Below, one piece after another: positions 31,801-41,569 of a stretch of DNA of 64,000 nt. The stretch's first letter is position 1. Each line of letters starts with the position of its first letter. Under the pieces are notes generated by a model, which saw only the letters and a list, made by a program, of their open reading frames with translations, was not told the origin of the DNA and did no database searches. Source of the stretch: an uncultured Dehalococcoidia bacterium (lineage in GTDB: Bacteria; Chloroflexota; Dehalococcoidia; Lucifugimonadales; Lucifugimonadaceae); assembly GCA_913052475.1 (NCBI GenBank), contig CAJXEJ010000007.1:911-64910 (forward strand). Reading direction: 5' to 3'. Position numbers and translations under genes: made by a program.

Positions 31801-32354
31801 TCGAGAATTCCTTCGATCTGCAGTGAGCCGTCCGGACCAATGCCGTAAACCTCCCGGGCCATGGTTCCCTCGACGATTTCAACCCGATTTTCGAAATCGG
31901 GGAGCGTCATCATCGTTACTCGACGGCAGTCGCATTCGATTAGTACTTCGTTGTCACCCGAGTTGATGCCGACGTTTGATCGGCATGGACATTCGCCTGG
32001 TGAAACCTTTGCAGGTGGCAAATCAACGAAGAATGTCCAAGTTTTAAGCGCAAACTCTCGTTGGTCGAGAAACGGCTGGAACCTTTTGACGATCGTGCCG
32101 TTCATTGCATCGACGATCGTTGCGTGGGTTTCTGGGCTTGTCGGCACCTGACCCGCTTCGACCAGTACATCAACGTCGGATGGTTCGTGAGTTGCGAGAG
32201 CACGCTGGAGTGCGACATCTCGCAGGGCGTCGAAGAAAATAACCGAACTCGCCATGACCGTCGAAGCGAGCATGACACCCACCACAACTGCAGACAGCAG
32301 TCGCCAGTGCGCAAGTGTTCGCTTGACTATGAGTTGCAGTGAATTACTGATCAT
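28848..32354 (-). CDS. Large FtsX/MacB-type ABC permease (1168 aa)
   Basis: QRSEVGLLRTRGA and RRAELALLRTIG FtsX signatures; two large extracytoplasmic domains. Confidence 0.88.
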   Translation of the reverse strand: MISNSLQLIVKRTLAHWRLLSAVVVGVMLASTVMASSVIFFDALRDVALQRALATHEPSDVDVLVEAGQVPTSPETHATIVDAMNGTIVKRFQPFLDQREFALKTWTFFVDLPPAKVSPGECPCRSNVGINSGDNEVLIECDCRRVTMMTLPDFENRVEIVEGTMAREVYGIGPDGSLQIEGILDVQSAEMMDISVGDLYPARPHWEDEHTSVNILVTGLYERVDPELAHWRIQNEAFGSRTDTLQFARFVVLEKTILEGLGPYFPNMGTDYAWWLDVDPTRIAASETEAIRNTIDATERELKAIVDGFLLRSDLPQVLSAFETDLFFNRLPMFIVLILIVLVVLYYVVTLASLLVDAQRSEVGLLRTRGATSRQILAVFIIESALLATVAAISGPFLAMFGVGFIGVLPLYSELNSGDPLPVQLTIGAFRMAFFGGLLGLLALFIPALRATRLGLLASRVTRARPVRLAVIQRYYLDLGFLGLVMFLFWQLTKQGSFVAVSIFGETTVNQLILGVPAIFVVAAGLVLLRIFPVGMDLIGRVLSRRPMSSVTPPALILGIWQMARNPAHHSRLSLLLILTAALGVFAASFGATLEQSAIDQAYYRTGADIKLTSVNVREGGLSFSVVDNLSELEDVEAASPIYRYAANITAGINVEGFQFIGVDLDTIEDVGWFRDDFGLTPFANKASVLDVGGAAGIELPAEGRWLTARVHPLVRQSSTYLVARLSDDNGHFFSVPLGNLNPLATDQFRFNCPLPIEGEPTEWCRIGAAIQATNFRGVPGLLPKEPNRLHSLGVIDYENGLSPAALDIDDVAVLNKEATELIIIETFDSVDNWRTMAPTREALGDHLGPASTPDGQPLDGIARMRWTRSGPNEYRGLAHGSELEVVPVIASTTFVERYGGEDGKIMQIAMDGTPVNISIRDVVEYFPTLALDDESFLLADIGAVHERLNITRTVGNIQPTEFWISTLQGSELLVAEEGILESVIAGDRAVPDISRELASLRLRPGANTTDRSQELASVAFDPLVSAGWRALLGIAFFTVLVVSAVGFLVHAKVTFDGRRAELALLRTIGLSMKQLLFLVVLEQVMVIGVAVALGIYMGAQMGTAIMPYLANSGENVVVVPPMAVQIDWFGFGITFGLLGLVFLGVIGAILISVYRMSIHRIMRMGES

Positions 32355-35300
32355 ATCGAGGCCGCAGAGAACCCTTCGCGGGCCATCTCCGCAATTTGAA
32401 TTTCATGTAGTGAGCGGACGGAGTTGACTACGCCTGCGAGGGCAATTGTGAATATCGCAGCGATTGTAACCACAGGCAGCATCCAGTTGGTCTGCAAAAT
32501 GAACGGCGGAAGCAGGTGCGCGCCCGTGTCGGTATACGCCATCGAACCGACCATCAGTGAACTCACGGCGAATCCCGTGCCCAATCCGACTACTGCCCCG
32601 ACAAATATCGCTGGAAAAAGTTCTGCAACCGTACTCAACCATTGATCGCGCGTGCTGGCTCCAAGTGCGAGTTTGAGAGCGACATCGCCCTTAGTTCGCA
32701 ATGCGAATGCAGCCATGAACACGGCATATGCCATCAGTACGACCAGCCCCGCAACTATCGTCGCCACAATGCTCATTCCGCGCCAACCTGCTACTGCGAT
32801 TGGATCGATGAAAGTGCTAACGATTCGTTCAGCTCTCAAATCGATTCGAGCCAATCTGAACACTTTTCGAACTTGTTGTCCGATTTCTTCGTTTGGAAAA
32901 TCCGTCGGTTCAAGACTGGCAAAAAGTTCGTTCGGAACGGTTTTTCTGTGACCTCTGAGTTCGATGAAGTCTATTAGGGCGTCCACATCGGTGACGGCAA
33001 ACGGCCCGCGTTCGGGATCAAGCGTTGGGAAGTAAATGACCGTGCCGATCACTTCGACAGGGACCAACCCTCCTAGCACATTGATCACGAATGGGCGGTG
33101 CAGGCCGACACCGGTTTGCGACATGAAGGCCTCGCTAGCGATTATCGGAATCGGACGATCAACGGCCTGGCGGTAGATGCCTCGGATTCCCTGACTGGAA
33201 CCTCTGCCGAGTGAGACGCTTCCTACACCGTTGCCGGCATCGTTCGCAATGTAGCCAGAGATGCCATCGGGCTCGGGGGCTATCGTAAACCCAGTGTCTT
33301 CACCTTCTGCTGTGGGAAGGCCTTTCCACAGTTCGGGAACGTCGAAATCGATCACCAGATGTCTGGCTCCATCGGCTGTGGTAACAACGAGGTCATCGAC
33401 CAGCAGCGTCGAAAGTGGGGCACTGTCGGGCCCGACAGTCATGAAGGTTTGAATTGAGGTTATCCGCACCGGTTGCGGAAACGCCCCAAGGTGCCCTGTG
33501 GCGTTGTACCAGCCTTCTTCAAACTGCCCCAAATTGATCGTGTGAGGTTCTCCGAGTCCGTCTTTTAGCACTACCCAGAGCTCGAGCATGGGGGTGACAG
33601 GTTGTACGTTGACCCACATCGAAAGATCGATCGAATCAGGTGGCAATTCAATAGGTTCAGGCAGCACTCGGACTGCGAGCCGGTCGACGAGTTGATCGAT
33701 CGTCGCACGAGAATTGGAAAAGTCGTCTCGGAACCATGCGACCTGCTGGAAATCTATCGGGTCGATCGAAAGAAGATTGAATTGCGATCCTGTTGAGGTT
33801 GTGCCAACAGTGGCTACGGTTCGTAATGCTGGAGTCACAACGTCGATGGTTTCCAGATCACGGACTTTTTCTAGTTGCTCATGTGCGACCTGACCGGTTG
33901 TTCCAATTGTCGTGACATGAATATCGGCTCCAGTGCTGTAGAGGACCTGCTCGTTGGTTGACCGTTCAAGGGTGGATACAACCGACCCGGCAACAACACC
34001 TGTACTGATCGATAGAATTATCGCCAGCATTGGCCAGCCGTGGAAAAACGGTCGTCGCGCTACGCTTGCGAGCCCAAGCCCCAAACCCAATGAATTCGAT
34101 TTCAACCCAATTTCAGCGAGAAATCGGGTGATGATCGGAAACAGGCGCAATGCCACCAACGAACTCGCCATCACGATTAGCACCGGAGCCGCCAGCAGGC
34201 TGAAATCGGGTGAAAAATCTCCCCCTCGTTCGAGAACTACAATTGCATTTCTTGCACCAACCTCCCACCAGACGATAGCGCTTAGAGCGACCAGCAAGGC
34301 ATCGATGTAGTAGCGCTGGAACCAGAGAGCGCTGACTGGCCGAGCGTCGGAGGATCGAGAGGCTGCCAGCGTTGCCTCATCCCAGAATGAAGACGCCGCA
34401 GTAACGACCAGTATCGTTCCGATTGCCCCGCCAAACGACCATATCCAGATGGTTGGGTATAACTCGACGGGCATAGTGCTGCCGTTGGTTATGGAGTTGT
34501 ACGCAGGCAGGTAGCCGATAACGGCGATGACTAGTGTCGAGACGAGTGGAGCAACTATTGCTGCAGGAATTGAGACTATCGCGGCTCCTATCGCGTGGAT
34601 TCCCAACTGCTGCTTTACGTTGAAGCCCCGACTTCGAAGCATCATGTAACCGTTGATCCGCTTTCTGCCGAGCAGTCCTGCGGCCATCGTGAGATAGAAA
34701 GCGACGCATGCGAGCGTGAGTAGCGTCATGAGCAGTAATGGGATGCTGCCGAAAAGCGCTCGCTGCTTCATTGTTTCGACACGAGGGATCAGTTCGGTAA
34801 TCACGAAGGGACGGGCGACCGTGTTTTCGAGTTGATCGGCGAGATCGTCGAACGTTGTTTCCAACTCAGCAATCGACATGTCAGCAAGAAGTGTTTGATC
34901 GATGAAGAAGAACCAGTCGTACGATGCAGGGAGCCCGGCGTTGGCTTCGGCGACCAGCGTGAACATTGAATTGCTCGTTGGGAGCATGATTAAGGGCTGT
35001 TCACGCCCCTCAATTGAGGGTGAAAGATAGGCTTCGCCAAGTTCCATCCAGAACCGTTCGCCTAGATCGGTCGGTGTGAAGGTTCCAGTCACAATAGCCC
35101 GAACCAATCCCGTGCCACCGTCGACCGATTGTGAATCGATAACGTCGCCTATCGAAATACGGAGATGTTTCGCACGGTCGTGCTCAATCGCAACCTCAAT
35201 AGCGGGTTTGCCATCGACATTGGTTACGGAGTCGGTAGGGGCAATCCCCTCGATGTATTCGACGTGATCGTCGATGTTTTCAATGTACTGGAACGAGCTC

Positions 35301-35620
35301 TGCGACGCCAATGAATCGGTCCTGAGGCCCGTCTCTAGCCATCCCCACCAGTGGATGCGGCTTTTTACGAGCCGTCCTGAACCTTCTACGAGTTCACCAA
35401 GATGAGTATCGATTGCTGAGAAAACCGACTCGTCTGTGAGTTGGCGATCTTCGTCGGCTAGCGGAACCCAGGAAGTGTTGATGTGAACACTCGAATTGAT
35501 CGGGCCGATCTCCTCGACCACTGCTCGCATTGAAACGATTTCAAGCGACCGACGATACTGAGGAATTCCCGATGCAGTCGTTGTTGCAAAGAGAGCACCG
35601 ACTATCAGTCCGGCGATCAT
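32351..35620 (-). CDS. Large FtsX/MacB-type ABC permease, paralog
   Basis: Same architecture as the neighbour (QRYYID, YSTGADI, VAWFRDDF). The frame stays open upstream (LRLIKTRASSDPW), so the true start may be earlier. Confidence 0.85.
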   Translation of the reverse strand: MIAGLIVGALFATTTASGIPQYRRSLEIVSMRAVVEEIGPINSSVHINTSWVPLADEDRQLTDESVFSAIDTHLGELVEGSGRLVKSRIHWWGWLETGLRTDSLASQSSFQYIENIDDHVEYIEGIAPTDSVTNVDGKPAIEVAIEHDRAKHLRISIGDVIDSQSVDGGTGLVRAIVTGTFTPTDLGERFWMELGEAYLSPSIEGREQPLIMLPTSNSMFTLVAEANAGLPASYDWFFFIDQTLLADMSIAELETTFDDLADQLENTVARPFVITELIPRVETMKQRALFGSIPLLLMTLLTLACVAFYLTMAAGLLGRKRINGYMMLRSRGFNVKQQLGIHAIGAAIVSIPAAIVAPLVSTLVIAVIGYLPAYNSITNGSTMPVELYPTIWIWSFGGAIGTILVVTAASSFWDEATLAASRSSDARPVSALWFQRYYIDALLVALSAIVWWEVGARNAIVVLERGGDFSPDFSLLAAPVLIVMASSLVALRLFPIITRFLAEIGLKSNSLGLGLGLASVARRPFFHGWPMLAIILSISTGVVAGSVVSTLERSTNEQVLYSTGADIHVTTIGTTGQVAHEQLEKVRDLETIDVVTPALRTVATVGTTSTGSQFNLLSIDPIDFQQVAWFRDDFSNSRATIDQLVDRLAVRVLPEPIELPPDSIDLSMWVNVQPVTPMLELWVVLKDGLGEPHTINLGQFEEGWYNATGHLGAFPQPVRITSIQTFMTVGPDSAPLSTLLVDDLVVTTADGARHLVIDFDVPELWKGLPTAEGEDTGFTIAPEPDGISGYIANDAGNGVGSVSLGRGSSQGIRGIYRQAVDRPIPIIASEAFMSQTGVGLHRPFVINVLGGLVPVEVIGTVIYFPTLDPERGPFAVTDVDALIDFIELRGHRKTVPNELFASLEPTDFPNEEIGQQVRKVFRLARIDLRAERIVSTFIDPIAVAGWRGMSIVATIVAGLVVLMAYAVFMAAFALRTKGDVALKLALGASTRDQWLSTVAELFPAIFVGAVVGLGTGFAVSSLMVGSMAYTDTGAHLLPPFILQTNWMLPVVTIAAIFTIALAGVVNSVRSLHEIQIAEMAREGFSAASI

Positions 35621-35836
35621 CCAGGGATCGGAACTTGCTCGGGTTTTTATGAGTCTAAGTAGATTCAGATTCGTACTCTGATGGCTTCCGTTCGTGACGG
35701 TTACGGTTAGCAGCAGTCGATTTTTCGCAGTGATTCATATCACTCTGGCATTGAATACCCACAGACGATAAGCACTGTCGCTTGATACGCTGGCAGAACG
35801 GAATTCGGTCTATTCGATCCAGACATTACCACTACT

Positions 35837-36958
35837 GTGACTTCTCTTCGCCGTCTAAAACTTGTGAATGTTGCCATCCTGCTGATATCGCTTGCGGTGA
35901 TCGCCACCTCCTGTGCTGGTTCGGGAGGTGACGGCCAGAGTATCTCGCCCAATGACCCAACTTCGGTTGGCGAGAAGCCGGATGCAACACTCGAACCAAC
36001 GGAGGCAGTTGTTCCCACCGCTGTCACCCGATCAGCTGATTCACAACCGCTAACAACCCCGGAACTGGTTGAGATTCTCACTCCTTCTGTTGTTCAGATT
36101 GCTGTGAGTTTGGAGCGTGGTCAGGGTATTGGAACTGGCGTAATTCTCGATGAAGAAGGTTTGATTCTGACTAACTGGCATGTGGTTGAAGGTGCTGTGG
36201 CGATTACGGTTGCTTTCGAAGATGGCACGATTGCTGAAGGTGAACTGTTTCGGCGGGATCCCCAGCTTGATCTGGCGATAGTTCGTGTTGCGGATCAACG
36301 TGGACTTAAACCCGCGATTATTGGTGATTCTGATGCGCTTCGCATTGGAGAAGATGTAGTCGCCATCGGGCACGCTCTTGGATTACGGGGCGGTCCGACC
36401 GTGAGCAAGGGAGTCGTTAGTGCACTCGATCGAACGATTGTTGGCGAAGTAGGTGGTGATCTGACCGGGCTTGTCCAGACCGACGCTGCGATCAACGAAG
36501 GCAACTCCGGTGGTCCGCTTGTGAATATGTTCGGCGAAGTTGTTGGCATCAATACGGCGAAGATCAATGCAGGCGATCGGATCGGCTTTGCGATCAATAT
36601 GAACGCTGCGAAAACTGCCGCGTACAGTTTGATCGCACAAGGCCCGATGCCTCCTCCCGGTTTTCTGGGTGTTGGGGGCGTCGATGTTACCCGAGCACTT
36701 GCCCGCGCACTCCGGCTTCCTGTCGGTGAAGGCTTTGGCGTGACTGTGATCGAACCGGGATCACCGGCAGATCAGGCTGGAATCGAACTGGACGACATCA
36801 TTGTTCAGCTCGATACGACCGAGATCACGCGCGGGCAGGATCTAACCGATTTCCTTCGCGAGCATATCAGCGGAGACACAATCAAGGTCACGGTCGTCAG
36901 AGACTCTCAGTTCCTGGTATCGCTGGAAGCCACACTGGTTGAACGTCCCGAGCGATAA
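35837..36958 (+). CDS. HtrA/DegP-like serine protease with PDZ domain, lipoprotein
   Basis: TNWHVV, DLA, QTDAAINEGNSGGPL, PDZ GSPADQAG; lipobox-like ATSC. Confidence 0.93.
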   Translation: MTSLRRLKLVNVAILLISLAVIATSCAGSGGDGQSISPNDPTSVGEKPDATLEPTEAVVPTAVTRSADSQPLTTPELVEILTPSVVQIAVSLERGQGIGTGVILDEEGLILTNWHVVEGAVAITVAFEDGTIAEGELFRRDPQLDLAIVRVADQRGLKPAIIGDSDALRIGEDVVAIGHALGLRGGPTVSKGVVSALDRTIVGEVGGDLTGLVQTDAAINEGNSGGPLVNMFGEVVGINTAKINAGDRIGFAINMNAAKTAAYSLIAQGPMPPPGFLGVGGVDVTRALARALRLPVGEGFGVTVIEPGSPADQAGIELDDIIVQLDTTEITRGQDLTDFLREHISGDTIKVTVVRDSQFLVSLEATLVERPER

Positions 36959-37080
36959 AGCCGACGTTCAACCAGAGCCCTGCACTGTTATGTGCATTGC
37001 GGTGCACATTTTTTCGCCCTATCGTGCAAAATGTGCGGGATTCTTTCGCATGTGCGACAACTCGATAGAAGGGCATCTCG

Positions 37081-37908
37081 ATGACCGACCTGACCGGTTC
37101 CGAACTTAAGGGCAAAGTGGCGATTGTTACTGGGGCGGGTCGGATGCGCGGAATCGGCCGTGGCACAGCAGTTGTGCTGGCCCGTATGGGTGCGAATGTG
37201 GTAGTGACGGGCACTGGACGTGACCCGGGTACGTTCCCGCAGGATGAAAAGGACGCCGGCTGGCGAGATATTCATTCCACCGCTGAGCAGGTCGAGTCGT
37301 ACGGTGTGAAGGCACTGCCGCTTATTTCGAACATCACCGATGAAGATGATGTACAGAAGATGGTGGACACGACGGTCGCTGAGTTCGGGAGCCTCGACAT
37401 CATCGTCAACAACGCCGCAGCACCGTACGGCAACGATCGCGTTTCCGTACTGGACATGCGGGCTGATGTCTTCAAGACAGTCATTGAAGTGAAGGTGCTT
37501 GGGACCTTCTATGCCTGTCGAGCTGCTGTGGCGCAGATGATTAAGCAGGGCGAGGGTGGTCGGGTAGTCAACCTGTCTTCGACGATGGGTAAGAGCGGTC
37601 GAGCCAACACCAGCGCCTATAACGCAGCCAATTTCGCTGTCGATGGATTTACTCAGGCACTATCGAAAGAAGTTGGCGAGCACGCCATCACCGTGAACAG
37701 CGTATGCCCTGGCCTGACCGAAACTTCACGCCTTGATCCGATGGGGCGTACCGGCCGCTGGGACGCACGTATAGTAGAGATTCCATTGCTACGAGCAGGC
37801 AGCGACGAAGAGGTTGGCGAGCTGATCGGTTTCCTCTGCAGCCCTCGAGCGGGTTACATCACAGGTCAGTCGTTGAACATCAACGGCGGTGTGATTACCG
37901 AACGTTAA
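37081..37908 (+). CDS. Short-chain dehydrogenase/reductase
   Basis: VTGAGRMRGIG, VNNAA, YNAAN (YxxxN in place of YxxxK), ITGQSLNINGG. Confidence 0.9.
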   Translation: MTDLTGSELKGKVAIVTGAGRMRGIGRGTAVVLARMGANVVVTGTGRDPGTFPQDEKDAGWRDIHSTAEQVESYGVKALPLISNITDEDDVQKMVDTTVAEFGSLDIIVNNAAAPYGNDRVSVLDMRADVFKTVIEVKVLGTFYACRAAVAQMIKQGEGGRVVNLSSTMGKSGRANTSAYNAANFAVDGFTQALSKEVGEHAITVNSVCPGLTETSRLDPMGRTGRWDARIVEIPLLRAGSDEEVGELIGFLCSPRAGYITGQSLNINGGVITER

Positions 37909-38390
37909 ATCTCCATACCTTCGTACAAGGCGATTTCAACGAAATCTGCCGATTCGACGTCCCACTCAAACTGGCGTGCTTCGACGACTCGATCGCCGTC
38001 GATACCGACCACAATCTGATTGACGGGGTATGCTGGGCCATCGCCCCACGGATCGGAAGCGTTGGCGCGGTCGGTCTCCGAGAAATAAGCGCGGCCGTTC
38101 GGGTGCGAGTGGTAAATGATTCGCGGGCGAACATCGTTGTCGAGCGTGAGGTTCAACTCGAGTAGATCGTTATCGGAAATAACGAACGCAGTCTGGGCGG
38201 TGCGGTTTTTGGCGGTCGGATGGGTATCCGGCTCGTAGGCGTTGATGGCGGGTCGCACACCGTCAACCGAATTCGAGTCCTTTCCGCCGGTCAGCCAGCC
38301 ACAGCACTCATTCGGGAACAATTCCCGGGCGTGCTTGTATATCGTTTCGAGGGAGGAACGAGGGACTTCTATGGGTTCTGGCGTTGGCAA
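37905..38390 (-). CDS. JAMM/Mov34 metalloprotease (Mec/M67-like)
   Basis: PNECCG and YHSHP-x6-SETD JAMM motif. Confidence 0.88.
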   Translation of the reverse strand: MPTPEPIEVPRSSLETIYKHARELFPNECCGWLTGGKDSNSVDGVRPAINAYEPDTHPTAKNRTAQTAFVISDNDLLELNLTLDNDVRPRIIYHSHPNGRAYFSETDRANASDPWGDGPAYPVNQIVVGIDGDRVVEARQFEWDVESADFVEIALYEGMEI

Positions 38391-38757
38391 AGGGTTTGTC
38401 TCAAGAGTTATAGAACTCGTGTCAGTATATTTTGACTGAGTGAGAGCATTCTCGCTCGCATTTGTTCTACATCCCGACTCCTGCGGAGGGATCTTTGGTG
38501 GTTGGATTGGTGAGGTGATGTGAGCGATGCTCGGTATTGACTGAGTCGTGGTTAGCGTTGCGTCAACCGCTGATTGTCACGTTGTTCGTACCTCACTCCT
38601 CGAATGACGGAAAAAGCCGGCGCCATGTAAGACAGCACGACACGTTGCCGTGTAGATAATCTGGGCGTGCATTTTGTTTCGTGACAAGTGTATTCAGCGT
38701 TCGATACTGGGGTGTGTCACGCTTTATTTTCACCAGTAACAGCCAGCAAGCAGTATA

Positions 38758-39275
38758 TGCCCGGACTACCAAGAACCTGGATAGATCGACGAAGACGCAA
38801 GCTGCGTCGTGCTCAGCGCGAGGCGTTATCGAGAATTGGTCTGGCGACTGCGGGTTCTCCTGCTGCTGGCGAAACAACCATGTGCATCGCCTACATGTGC
38901 CCGTGGGCGCACGCTTGCAACTCCGCTGCCCCTCGACCTGCCCTAGTCGCCCAGCGAGACTGCGCCCGCAAGTTCCCTGAGGTGAACCGACCAGATTCCG
39001 GGTTGTCCGATTCAGCGCTGGATAATCTTGCGCAGCAGCGCGTGAACGGAATCAGGCTTGAAAGTGTGACCGTTGGTATATTGGACGAATTGCGCCCCGA
39101 TGGCCCAAGTCCGTCGATGGGCAAGAAGCGACCGGCGCTACCGGTTTCCGGTACTGGTGTACGAGGAAGGGCTTTAGCACCTCGCAAGAAAGATATCGCC
39201 AGACTCCGAAAGCTTTCCAAAGTCAGCAGATCGAGCAAGATGAGAAGGCTCAGTATGGGCGGTGGCCGTTCATAG
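38758..39275 (+). CDS. Hypothetical basic protein with a Cys cluster
   Basis: 172-aa ORF with Arg/Lys-rich termini and CIAYMCPWAHAC...RDC; no family recognised. Confidence 0.4.
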
Positions 39276-39336
39276 CGCGGCGCGCGTTGTTAAGAACTCG
39301 AACAACACTTTTGATATGCGTCAGGATCGACCAGGT

Positions 39337-40085
39337 TCAGATCGTCGTGGTCGCCACCCTGAGGATGTGCATTTGCTTCGGCTTTGGCGCTGCTTCGAAT
39401 ATCCGATGTGTGTTCTCGACCGAAACAGTCTGGTATGAGTTCCCATGCAGTATCAGAGTCGGTACTAAACGTGTACTGACGTGTTTCGTCGTTTCGAGTT
39501 TCGAGCGCATGATGAGATATCTAGGCAGAAATCTCGTCAGCGGTACTTGCTCATGCATCGCGTATCTCAATGACGAAATCGCAGCTTCAAGCACGAGTGC
39601 TGTTCGGCTTACATCTTTGGCGAGATGTGCCGCTACTGCTCCACACATTGATCGCCCAAACACCACGATTTTCTTGCCTGGGTGGAGTTTACGGTTGAGT
39701 TCGTACGTCGCAGTAGCGTCGAGGTACATACCTTCTTCCGGCGGCTCACCCTCGGGACGACCGTATCCTCGATAGTCGATAGCGATGATGGATGGCGAGT
39801 ATTGACGGTGGGTTTTATGATTTTGGTCTAGTCGGACACTGATATTTCCTCCGTGCCGTGGAAAATCAGCTAGACGACGTCGGAAGTATCCGGCATGTGC
39901 CAGCCGTGGAGTTTCGTGTTCTTATTTTCGCTGGAACTGTTGCTCAGCCGAGCGATAGGGAAGATATCGTCGTATTCAAGACCAACGTGTTCTGGCGTTC
40001 CGCGAAACGAGTGCTCCGGGAAGAACAAAGCCTTGTGTTCAAGCCATGTGAGAGGGTGGAGAAGTTGCCGGAGACCATATGACAT
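39337..40085 (-). pseudogene. Disrupted alpha/beta hydrolase (ABHD13/Bem46-like)
   Basis: KLHGW...DVV*LIFHG (TAG at 39870), frameshifted GGNIS, IDYRGYG, VFGRSMCG, ILHG. Confidence 0.8.
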
Positions 40086-40125
40086 GCTGGCGTGCTTATC
40101 TTTCTTGCGGGTTACCGCGGTACCA

Positions 40126-41418
40126 CTAGTTGACTGAACCCTCGTCGCGCAGTTCGGTGATCTGTTCCGAAGAAAACCCGATATCGCTGAGTACCTGGTC
40201 GGTGTGTTGTCCTAGAGATGGCGACGATTTCAGCTCTGGCATGCCAGAGCCAAATTGAAGAATCGGCCCTGAGGTACGGATTTTATGGCCGGTGTGGTGA
40301 TCGACTTCGACGACGTAGTTGTTCGTGAGAACCTGTTCGTCATCGATCATCTCTTCGACATACCTGATCGGCTCGCATGGAATGTCGTGCGAACGCAGTT
40401 TATTGAACCAGTGGTCGGTCGTATTACTGGCGAAGATCGCTTCGAATTCTTTGAAGAGTCGCAGTCCAAGCTCTTCGGCTTCTGGTGTTGAGTGATCGTA
40501 AGTCGGATCGGTCACTCTCGGGTCTTCGAGGCCGAATACGTCGAGAAGGCGTGCCCTTGAGTGGACTGCCAACGTTCCGAGCGCCAGCCCGCCGTCGAGC
40601 GTTTTGTACGCTCGGTAGTAACAGCGATAAATGAGCGGTCGTACCGCCAGCTGGTAGCTATCCTGAATCTCTTCGTAGCTCGCGCCCTGCTCAACGAGCT
40701 TTGGGCGTTTGGTTTCGAACCAGATCCGTGCAGGAGCTGGCAGACCTTCGATATCGGCAATACGTAGGCTTTGCATCGCGATGGCGTTGGCAAGCAGGCT
40801 GGTCGAAACAAATTGACCTTTACCGGTTGTACTGCGACCAACGATTCCAGCGAGTATTCCGGTTGCGGCTGCGTAGCCGGTCGAAAAGTCGATGTATGAA
40901 GACGACCACACGACCTCTGGTTGGCCGTCTCTGGTGATCTTTCCTTCGCTCATCACTGCACCGGTGTAGCCTTGCACGATCAGGTCGAAGCCGGGGGAAT
41001 CGTGCATGTCGCCCTTGGGTCCGTACGCGGTGATATCGACATATACGAGGCGCGGATTGATCTTCGAGACCGTTTCGTAGTCGATCCCAAGTTTCAAGGC
41101 GGTGTCACGTCGGTTGTTCGAAATAATGCCGTCGGCCGATTCGATGAGTTTTCTGAGAACGGCTCGCGCTGAATCCAATTTCAAGTCGAGGCAGATGCTG
41201 CGCACGCCTCGGTTCAGCGGAGTGAACACGCGACTTTCGTTCTTCTGGAACGAGTTGGCATGCCGCCATGGATCACCGGAAGGCGGTTCGATTTTGACGA
41301 CGTCGGCACCCATATCGGCGAGTAGTTGACCGCCCCAGGGTCCGGCAACGAAGCTCCCGAATTCGAGAACTCGTATTCCCTCTAGCGGGCCTGCTGTTGG
41401 CGTTTGATTGGCTGACAT
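40126..41418 (-). CDS. CaiB/BaiF family III CoA-transferase
   Basis: GPLEGIRVLE, LADMGADVVKIEPP-GD, LNRG, PSLGQHT; likely start MSANQ at 41418. Confidence 0.92.
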   Translation of the reverse strand: MSANQTPTAGPLEGIRVLEFGSFVAGPWGGQLLADMGADVVKIEPPSGDPWRHANSFQKNESRVFTPLNRGVRSICLDLKLDSARAVLRKLIESADGIISNNRRDTALKLGIDYETVSKINPRLVYVDITAYGPKGDMHDSPGFDLIVQGYTGAVMSEGKITRDGQPEVVWSSSYIDFSTGYAAATGILAGIVGRSTTGKGQFVSTSLLANAIAMQSLRIADIEGLPAPARIWFETKRPKLVEQGASYEEIQDSYQLAVRPLIYRCYYRAYKTLDGGLALGTLAVHSRARLLDVFGLEDPRVTDPTYDHSTPEAEELGLRLFKEFEAIFASNTTDHWFNKLRSHDIPCEPIRYVEEMIDDEQVLTNNYVVEVDHHTGHKIRTSGPILQFGSGMPELKSSPSLGQHTDQVLSDIGFSSEQITELRDEGSVN

Positions 41419-41569
41419 GCTGCTGTCGGTATCCGTGATCGTTGTGTGCAGGTCGGTCGGGCAGATGTTATCGTCGATCAACGGTAAATGTGCGCAAAAT
41501 GGTGCGAAAAATAAAAACACCGGCATATTCGTAGCCAGGTGTTCTTAATTTTCGATCTCGTTGCTGTCG

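Noticed and set aside
39870..39872. In-frame TAG as pyrrolysine or read-through
   Set aside because: The same gene also has frameshifts, and TGG-to-TAG decay explains it.
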